From contig OY762911.1 of the NCBI GenBank assembly GCA_963666565.1, positions 1,920,001 to 1,984,000 of the forward strand: a stretch of DNA of 64,000 nucleotides, in the 5' to 3' direction. Source of the stretch: Thermoanaerobaculia bacterium (GTDB taxonomy: Bacteria > Acidobacteriota > Thermoanaerobaculia > Multivoradales > Multivoraceae). A model generated the notes under the pieces. That model worked only from the letters and a program-made list of their open reading frames with translations. It had not been told where the DNA came from and did not search any database. Within the stretch, counting starts at the first letter, position 1. Every line of letters starts with the position of its first letter. Shown piece by piece: positions 58,013 to 64,000 of this stretch. The position numbers and the translations under genes are program-made.

Positions 58013-59566
58013 ATGAACCTCTTCGCCCTGCTCCAAGAGAGCTTCGAGCCGGCCCTGCAACGGCCCGCCCTGGCGCTGCCTGGCGGCGACGGCGCGGTCG
58101 GCGGCACGTGGACCCATGGCGATCTCGACCGGGCCTCGGGCCGGTTCGCGGCGGCGCTGCGCAAGCGCGGCGTCGAGCCCGGCGACCGGGTGGTCGTGCA
58201 GGCGCCGAAGTCGGCCGAGGCGGTGGCTCTGTACCTGGGCGTGCTCCGTTGCGGCGGGGTCTACGTGCCATTGAACACGGCGTACACGGAACGGGAGGTC
58301 GCGTTCTTCGTGGCGGACGCCGGGCCGCGGGTCGTCGTGCGCGGCGCCGGGGCGGCCGCGGCTGGCGGTGGTACGCCTTCGGCGGCCGCGGCTGGCGGCG
58401 GTACGCCTTCGGCGGCCGGGCCGGGCTGGCGGCCTGGACCCGTTGCCGTCGCCATCGACGCGTTGTGGCGGGAGGCCTTGTCCATCGACCCCGACCCCGC
58501 CGTCGAGCCCCGCGACGCCGACGACCTGGCGGCCATCTGCTACACGTCGGGCACCACCGGGCGTTCCAAGGGCGCGATGATCACGCACCGAAACCTGACG
58601 TCGAACGCGCTGGCCCTGCACGAGATCTGGGGTTTCGAGCCGGGCGACGTGCTGCTGCACGCGCTGCCGATCTTCCACGTCCACGGGCTGTTCGTGGCGC
58701 TGCACACCGCGTTCCTGAACGCCTCGAAGGTGATTTTCCTGCCGCGGTTCGACGCCGGGGAGGTGCGCCGTCTGCTGCCGGAGGCCACGGTGCTGATGGG
58801 CGTGCCGACGTTCTACTCGCGGCTGCTGGCGGAGCCGGGTTTCGGCAGCGCGGACTGCGAGACGATCCGGCTGTTCGTTTCCGGTTCGGCACCGCTGACC
58901 GAGGCCGGTTTCGGCGACTTCGAGGCCCGCACCGGCCACCGCATCCTGGAGCGCTACGGCATGACGGAGGCCGGGATGATCACCTCGAACCCGCTCGACG
59001 GGGAGCGCGTGGCGGGGACGGTCGGGTTCCCGCTGCCGGACGTCGAGGTCCGGGCCGTCGGCGAGGACGGCGCCGAGCTTCCCGCGGGCGAGGTCGGCAC
59101 CCTGGAGATCCGCGGCCCGAACCTGTTCGCCGGCTACTGGGGCCTGCCCGAGAAGACGGCGGAGGAGATGCGGGGCGACGGCTTCTTCGTCACCGGCGAC
59201 CTCGCGAGCCTCGACGGCGAGGGCCGCGTGACCCTGGTAGGCCGGGGCAAGGACCTGATCATCGCGGGCGGCTTCAACGTCTACCCGAAGGAGATCGAGG
59301 ATCGCCTGGACGAGGTCGCGGGCGTGGCGGAGTCGGCCGTCGTCGGCGCGCCGCACGCCGACCTGGGCGAGGGCGTGGTCGCCGTGCTCGTGGCCGACGG
59401 GGCGGCCGTGGAAGACGATACGCTCCGCGCGGCGCTCGATGCGGGCTTGGCGCGCTACAAGCACCCGCGCCGCTTCTACTGGGTCGACGAACTGCCGCGC
59501 AACGCGATGGGGAAGGTACAGAAGAACGTCCTGCGCGAGCGCTACCGTGGCGCCTACGACCGTTGA
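58013..59566 (+). CDS. matB: Malonyl-CoA synthetase-like acyl-CoA ligase
   Basis: PLNTAYT, YTSGTTGRSKG, HALPIFHVHGLFVA, MGVPTFYSRLL, ILERYGMTE, LPRNAMGKVQKN. Confidence 0.85.
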   Translation: MNLFALLQESFEPALQRPALALPGGDGAVGGTWTHGDLDRASGRFAAALRKRGVEPGDRVVVQAPKSAEAVALYLGVLRCGGVYVPLNTAYTEREVAFFVADAGPRVVVRGAGAAAAGGGTPSAAAAGGGTPSAAGPGWRPGPVAVAIDALWREALSIDPDPAVEPRDADDLAAICYTSGTTGRSKGAMITHRNLTSNALALHEIWGFEPGDVLLHALPIFHVHGLFVALHTAFLNASKVIFLPRFDAGEVRRLLPEATVLMGVPTFYSRLLAEPGFGSADCETIRLFVSGSAPLTEAGFGDFEARTGHRILERYGMTEAGMITSNPLDGERVAGTVGFPLPDVEVRAVGEDGAELPAGEVGTLEIRGPNLFAGYWGLPEKTAEEMRGDGFFVTGDLASLDGEGRVTLVGRGKDLIIAGGFNVYPKEIEDRLDEVAGVAESAVVGAPHADLGEGVVAVLVADGAAVEDDTLRAALDAGLARYKHPRRFYWVDELPRNAMGKVQKNVLRERYRGAYDR

Positions 59567-59579
59567 AGGAGGAAGCACA

Positions 59580-60437
59580 GTGACCCAGACGGAGAAGAAA
59601 CTCGACGGCAAGGTCGCCCTCGTCACCGGCGCGAGCCGCGGCATCGGCAAGGCGATCGCCGAGCTGTTCGCCGGGCACGGGGCGCGGGTCGCCTGCACGG
59701 CGCGCACGCTGTCCGAAGGCGGGCACTACCTGGGCGGTTCGCTCGAGACGACGATCGACGAGATCCGGGGCGCTGGCGGCGACGCGACCGCCTTCGCCTG
59801 CGACGTCTCGGAGTACCCCAACTGCGAGCGCCTGGTGAACGAAGTGCGCGACGCGCTCGGCCCGGTCGACGTGCTGATCAACAACGCCGCCCTGACCTAC
59901 TTCATCCCGGTGGTCGATTTCCCCGTGAACAAGTGGCACCGCTCGACCGCGGTCAACTTCCACGCGCCCTTCTACCTCTCGAAGCTCGTGCTGCCCGAGA
60001 TGATCGAGCGCGGCGCCGGCAGCATCGTCAATGTCTCGTCCGGCGCGGCGATCGGCCCCGGCCGCGGCCCGTACAAGGGTCCGCAGTTCGCGGGCGGCTC
60101 GCTGTACGGTGCCGAAAAGGCGGCCCTGGAGCGCTTCACCCAGGGCTTGGCCTCGGAGGTCTACGAGCACGGCGTCTCGGTGACGTGCTACAGCCCGTCC
60201 CAGATCGTGCCGACTCCGGGCGTCGTCCACCACAGGCTGATGGAAGGCCGCGACCCGAACGAGGCCGAGACGGTCGAGACGATGGCCCAGGCGGCGCTGC
60301 TGCTCGCCACGGAGCCGCTCGACCGGGTCGCCGGCCGGGTCACGTACAGCCAGGCGATCCTGGAGGAGTTCGGCTGGATCGAGAAGGGCCGCGGACTCGG
60401 CACGGAGCGGCAGGGCTCCGGCTACAGCATGATCTGA
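59580..60437 (+). CDS. SDR family oxidoreductase
   Basis: VTGASRGIG, NNAA, YGAEK; SD AAGGAGG. Confidence 0.92.
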   Translation: MTQTEKKLDGKVALVTGASRGIGKAIAELFAGHGARVACTARTLSEGGHYLGGSLETTIDEIRGAGGDATAFACDVSEYPNCERLVNEVRDALGPVDVLINNAALTYFIPVVDFPVNKWHRSTAVNFHAPFYLSKLVLPEMIERGAGSIVNVSSGAAIGPGRGPYKGPQFAGGSLYGAEKAALERFTQGLASEVYEHGVSVTCYSPSQIVPTPGVVHHRLMEGRDPNEAETVETMAQAALLLATEPLDRVAGRVTYSQAILEEFGWIEKGRGLGTERQGSGYSMI

Positions 60438-60443
60438 GTCGCT

Positions 60444-60622
60444 GGGTGCGCGGGTCCTCCGACCCGCTCAGGGGCGAAGCCGCGGAGCGGCGATCCCGGA
60501 CAACGAGGGCTCCTGCCCAGGTTCGGCGACGAAGGGGTGCGCGGGTCTTCCGACCCGCAACCGTCCCCGGAGCGGGTCGGAAGACCCGCGTACCCGGAGC
60601 GGGTCGGGAGACCCGCGCACCC
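60444..60622. repeat. Cluster of four REP-like palindromes (2 forward, 2 reverse)
   Basis: Cores at 60444, 60535 (forward) and 60572, 60599 (reverse). Confidence 0.88.
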
Positions 60623-60623
60623 A

Positions 60624-61700
60624 CTACTCTCCGGCGTCGCCCTTCACCGGCTTGCCGGCGGCGACCCACTCCTTCTCGAGCCGCCGCGCTCCCTTGAGCT
60701 GCCCCAGCATCGAGTAGTTGCCCTCGTGGCAGGCGTACTCGTAGTTGTACTGGTCGGTCTTCGGCCAGGGCATCTCGCCGCCGTAGGACGCCGTGTACTC
60801 CTCGTCCTCGACCTCGAACCGGTAGAGCAGCGACTTGCCGTCGATCGGGCTGAACCGCTCCGTCACCTTCATCGCGCCGCGCGGCACGCCGGCCGACTCC
60901 CGGCCGTGCAGCGGCTGCGGCGCCGCCTCGCGGCGGAAGTTCGTCGTCTCGACGACCAGGGTGTCGCCCTCCCACCGGCCGATCGAGTCGCCCGAGTAGG
61001 AGCTGTACGGCGCCGGCGAGTGCTCCGCGTCGATCCGCACGACCCGCGTCCAGTGCATCCACTCGATGTGGATCATCAGGTAGTCGTCGGTCTGCACCAG
61101 GGTCTTCAGGTTGTTGTAGGAGATGGTCCTGATCGGGATCGAGGCGCCGGGCTGGTAGATGCAGCGCACGCCGAGGACCATCGTCTCCGGGCTGTCGAAC
61201 GGCGTGTCGCCCGACTCCAGCCACCAGGCCGTGCCGTCGTCGTTCATCCAGATGAAGCGGGGCAACGCTCCTCGGTTCTTCTGCGCTTCTTCCGTCAGCG
61301 GCGGCATCCGGCCGTTCGCGGGGTTGGTCAGGATCGAAGTGCGGTACTTGCCGTCGATCTTGAACATCGTGTGGCCGGGATCGAACCAAGCGTAGTTGTA
61401 GCTCTGCCGGTCGATGAAGGCGCCCTTCTCCGGCGGCGGCCGGTCCGGGCTGCTGGCCGCGTCGCCGTCCAGGACGCGCTGACGCTGGTTGGCTTCGACC
61501 TCCGCCGCCTCCTCGGGGCTGAGGACGAGTTCCTCGCCGCGCTCGGGCCGGCGCTCGAAGGGAGTCAGCGAGCGGATGTCGTAGCGGCCGGTGAAGTCGG
61601 GCTTGCCGCTCGGCGTGCGAGGAATGTCGTCGGCGGCCGCGAGGGCGGCGCCGGCGCCCGACACGAGCAGCAGGCAGCACAGCGCGAGGGTCTTTCGCAT
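60624..61700 (-). CDS. Conserved secreted hypothetical protein
   Basis: Signal peptide; IPRTPSGKPDFTG, GDSIGRWEGDTLVVETTNF, YEYACHEGNY. Confidence 0.8.
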   Translation of the reverse strand: MRKTLALCCLLLVSGAGAALAAADDIPRTPSGKPDFTGRYDIRSLTPFERRPERGEELVLSPEEAAEVEANQRQRVLDGDAASSPDRPPPEKGAFIDRQSYNYAWFDPGHTMFKIDGKYRTSILTNPANGRMPPLTEEAQKNRGALPRFIWMNDDGTAWWLESGDTPFDSPETMVLGVRCIYQPGASIPIRTISYNNLKTLVQTDDYLMIHIEWMHWTRVVRIDAEHSPAPYSSYSGDSIGRWEGDTLVVETTNFRREAAPQPLHGRESAGVPRGAMKVTERFSPIDGKSLLYRFEVEDEEYTASYGGEMPWPKTDQYNYEYACHEGNYSMLGQLKGARRLEKEWVAAGKPVKGDAGE

Positions 61701-61827
61701 CTCGGTCTCTCCTTGTTCGACGGTTCCCTGAGCGTACCCCGCCCGCGCTCCCCCTCGCGTTCGCCTGTGCGCGCCGAAGACCGGAGCACCTTAGAATCGA
61801 CGCTCCGAGAGAAGGAGGTTCGCCTCG

Positions 61828-62616
61828 ATGAAGAGATACCCGACGCCGCTCGTCGCACTGATCGTCCTCGCGACCCTGTCCGCCATTCCGGTCGCCGGGC
61901 AATCCGATGCACCCTCGTACGATCCGCCGCTCGACATCGGCGTCGTCCTGTACGACGGCGCGGAGCCGCTCGACGTCTTCGGACCGGTCGAGATGTGGCT
62001 CAACGCGGGGCCGGGTCTGATCCGCGTTCACCTGATCGCGGACTCGGCCCGTCCGGTCGCTCTGACCACGACGACCTATCCGGCCGAGATGGCGCCGAAG
62101 GTCCAGGCCCAATACGGCTACGACGACGCTCCGCCGCTCGACGTGATCATGGTGCCGGGCGGTATCGGCACGCTCCGGGAAGTCGAGAACCAGCAACTGC
62201 TGGACTTCATCGCTGAGCGCGCCGCCGAGGTCCAGCTCACCACGTCCGTTTGCACCGGCTCCGCCATCCTCGCGAAGGCCGGCGTCCTCGACGGCCTGCC
62301 CGCGACCGGCAACAAGGCGTTCTTCAGCTACATCGCCGGCTTCGGTCCCGAGACCGAGTGGGTGAAGGAAGCCCGCTGGGTGGACGCCGGACACGTGATG
62401 ACCTCCTCCGGCGTCTCCGCCGGCATCGACATGAGTCTGGCCGTCGTCGCCCGCTTCTTCGGTCAGGACGCCGCGCGGATGCTGGCTCAGGCCACCGAGT
62501 ACGAGTGGAAGGAGGACGCGGGCCGGGATCCGTTCGTCGGGAATCTGGACTCGGCCATGCCGTACCTGGAACGCCTGGAGGCGGCGGTCTCGGAGTCGTC
62601 CGGTTCGGGATCCTGA
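61828..62616 (+). CDS. DJ-1/PfpI family protein
   Basis: LDVFGP, VPGGIG, SVCTGS, SSGVSAGIDM; signal peptide; SD AGGAGG. Confidence 0.9.
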   Translation: MKRYPTPLVALIVLATLSAIPVAGQSDAPSYDPPLDIGVVLYDGAEPLDVFGPVEMWLNAGPGLIRVHLIADSARPVALTTTTYPAEMAPKVQAQYGYDDAPPLDVIMVPGGIGTLREVENQQLLDFIAERAAEVQLTTSVCTGSAILAKAGVLDGLPATGNKAFFSYIAGFGPETEWVKEARWVDAGHVMTSSGVSAGIDMSLAVVARFFGQDAARMLAQATEYEWKEDAGRDPFVGNLDSAMPYLERLEAAVSESSGSGS

Positions 62617-62657
62617 GCCCGGGCCCTGCCCCCGGGAACGGATTGAAGGCGCGGGCG

Positions 62658-63284
62658 CTAGGGGTAGGGCGTGATCACGCCGCAGGCCGCTCGGGAACCC
62701 CCTGCGCAGCCGGCCGCCTCGCCTTCGGGGCAGTAGGAGTCGGGGTTCGTGTGAATGATGAAGGCGCTGCCGTCTTCGTCGAACACGGAGAGCGGGCCGT
62801 CGGAGAGCGTCACACGCGTCGTCGTCGTCATGTGGTAGCCGCGGCCCTGGCGGTCCAGGGTCATGTTCGTCAGGTCGCCGGCGTGGAAGGGGTGGTTGCC
62901 GTCCGGGCTGGTGTTCGAGTTGGGGCCGGGGTCGAAGTGTCCGCCGGCGGTGCCGCACGGATTGCAGGACGCGGTTTCGTGAATGTGGACTGCGTGCTTG
63001 CCTCGCGTGATGCCGGTGTTGGCGTACAGGCGGAGATAGATGTCGACCGCCTTGACGCCTTCTTCGGAAGGCCGCTCCTGCAGATAGCCGAAGCCCACGC
63101 GGTTCGTCGGAATGTCGCAACTGTAGAGGACCGCCCGTCCCGCGGCCGGCGCGTCTGCCATGGCGGCGGCGAAGTCCTCTTCAGGATCCTGGGCGGACGC
63201 CGTGCCGGCGAAACCGAGCGCGGCCAGGAGCAGGAGCGGGACGTTCAGAAGAGCGGTGGTGGTTCGGCGGGGCTTCACGGTCAT
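62658..63284 (-). CDS. sodC: Cu/Zn superoxide dismutase
   Basis: HAVHIHE, AGGHFDP, HAGDL, IIH, GGSRAACGVI; signal peptide. Confidence 0.9.
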   Translation of the reverse strand: MTVKPRRTTTALLNVPLLLLAALGFAGTASAQDPEEDFAAAMADAPAAGRAVLYSCDIPTNRVGFGYLQERPSEEGVKAVDIYLRLYANTGITRGKHAVHIHETASCNPCGTAGGHFDPGPNSNTSPDGNHPFHAGDLTNMTLDRQGRGYHMTTTTRVTLSDGPLSVFDEDGSAFIIHTNPDSYCPEGEAAGCAGGSRAACGVITPYP

Positions 63285-63415
63285 GGGGTGAGTCCTCCTG
63301 TCGGTTGTGGGTCGATGGTCGGCTGTCGGGCAAGGCCGCGGCTTCGGAGAGCGACGGTTCGCCGCGGGCGCGTCGCCGGTCGTGGCGTTCGGCCGCCCCG
63401 GCGCCGGTTGCGCTC

Positions 63416-64000
63416 TCACGGCGCCCTCGCCTGATCGTACGCCCGCCTGAACACGACCTCGGACATCCACCGCTTGAAGCCGTCGTTGTCCATGAACTGC
63501 TTGAACAGCTCAGTGTCGTCCTTCATCACGTTCTGCATCGCGCGGAGCAGGGCCCGGTCGTGCTCGATGCGGGTGTTCTCGCGGTCGGAGTTCCGGCGAG
63601 CGTTGCGAAAGGCCGCGTCGGAGGCGACCCTGGCGGGAATGTCGAACGCGATCATCCGCTGGACGCGGTCTTCGTCCGCCCAATCATCCGCTGGACGCGG
63701 TCTTCGTCCGCCCATTCGATGCCGCCGAAGTGGTCGTTGAACGCCTTGACGATGTTCGAGAGGTGGTCCAGTTCGGGTTCCGGCCGGTGGCCGTCGCCGG
63801 CGGGGGGCGTCGGCTCGACCTCGGCGTCCTCGTCGGGCAGGAGGATCTTCCGGATCGCCTGTTTCTCGGCCCGGTAGCTGTCCATGTCGACCGCGTCGAG
63901 GATGCCTCGCGCGAGATCCTCCTCCCGCGGCGCCGGCAGCTTCGGGATCAGGAAGTTCAGGAAGATCGACCGCTTCTCCCAGCCGGCGTTCGAGAACGGG
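63416..64000 (-). pseudogene. hsdR: Type I restriction endonuclease subunit R, 3' end, frameshifted by a 32-bp duplication
   Basis: WEKRSIFLNFLIPKLPAP..DLARGIL..DMDSYR...LSNIVKAFNDHFG then, in another frame, IEHDRAL...DDTELFKQFMDNDGFKRW. Confidence 0.75.
63651..63714. repeat. Perfect 32-bp tandem duplication
   Basis: ATCATCCGCTGGACGCGGTCTTCGTCCGCCCA x2. Confidence 0.95.

Noticed and set aside
50440-59566. rutE + matB as a malonate pathway cluster
   Set aside because: About 7 kb apart with unrelated, oppositely oriented genes between; no operon evidence.
3472-60537. Recurring peptides MRGSSDP / GSEDPRT / GRKTRAP as a protein repeat family
   Set aside because: They are translations of the REP DNA repeat in spurious frames.
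1-64000. tRNA, rRNA, integrase or transposase genes
   Set aside because: None recognised by eye; a covariance or HMM search would be needed to exclude them fully.

Overview
Very GC-rich bacterial chromosome segment. The gene content suggests Acidobacteriota, possibly a marine or sponge-associated lineage (inference only). About 1-41 kb is a large, strand-scrambled surface-glycan locus. It holds many GT4 and GT2 glycosyltransferases, two tandem Wzy-like membrane proteins, Wzx, an O-antigen-ligase-like protein, an AftB-like GT-C, nucleotide-sugar oxidoreductases and AsnB plus an internally deleted copy. It also has 2 sulfotransferase-like proteins, 3 membrane-anchored SGNH proteins and an SxtK/SxtI/SxtJ-like carbamoylation module present as two gene fusions. 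Embedded in the locus are several deletion scars, a small lower-GC RHH + membrane-protein insert, and a self-contained promoter + 3-way-junction RNA + DUF3800 unit. About 41-64 kb is mostly metabolic and transport genes (DUF5916/CBM9, alkyl sulfatase, S9 peptidase, SSS symporter, rutE, trkH, PQQ dehydrogenase, esterase, matB, SDR, DJ-1, sodC), ending in a frameshifted type I hsdR 3' end. A REP/REPIN-like palindrome family (core GGGTGCGCGGGTCTTCCGACCCGC, roughly two dozen copies) is dispersed throughout. The best candidates for new biology are (1) a putative MBOAT-independent trans-membrane carbamoyl relay that uses a DltX-like FIYxxF tail and SGNH transferases, and (2) the DUF3800 + structured-RNA unit. 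All family calls come from motif recognition by eye; no searches were run.
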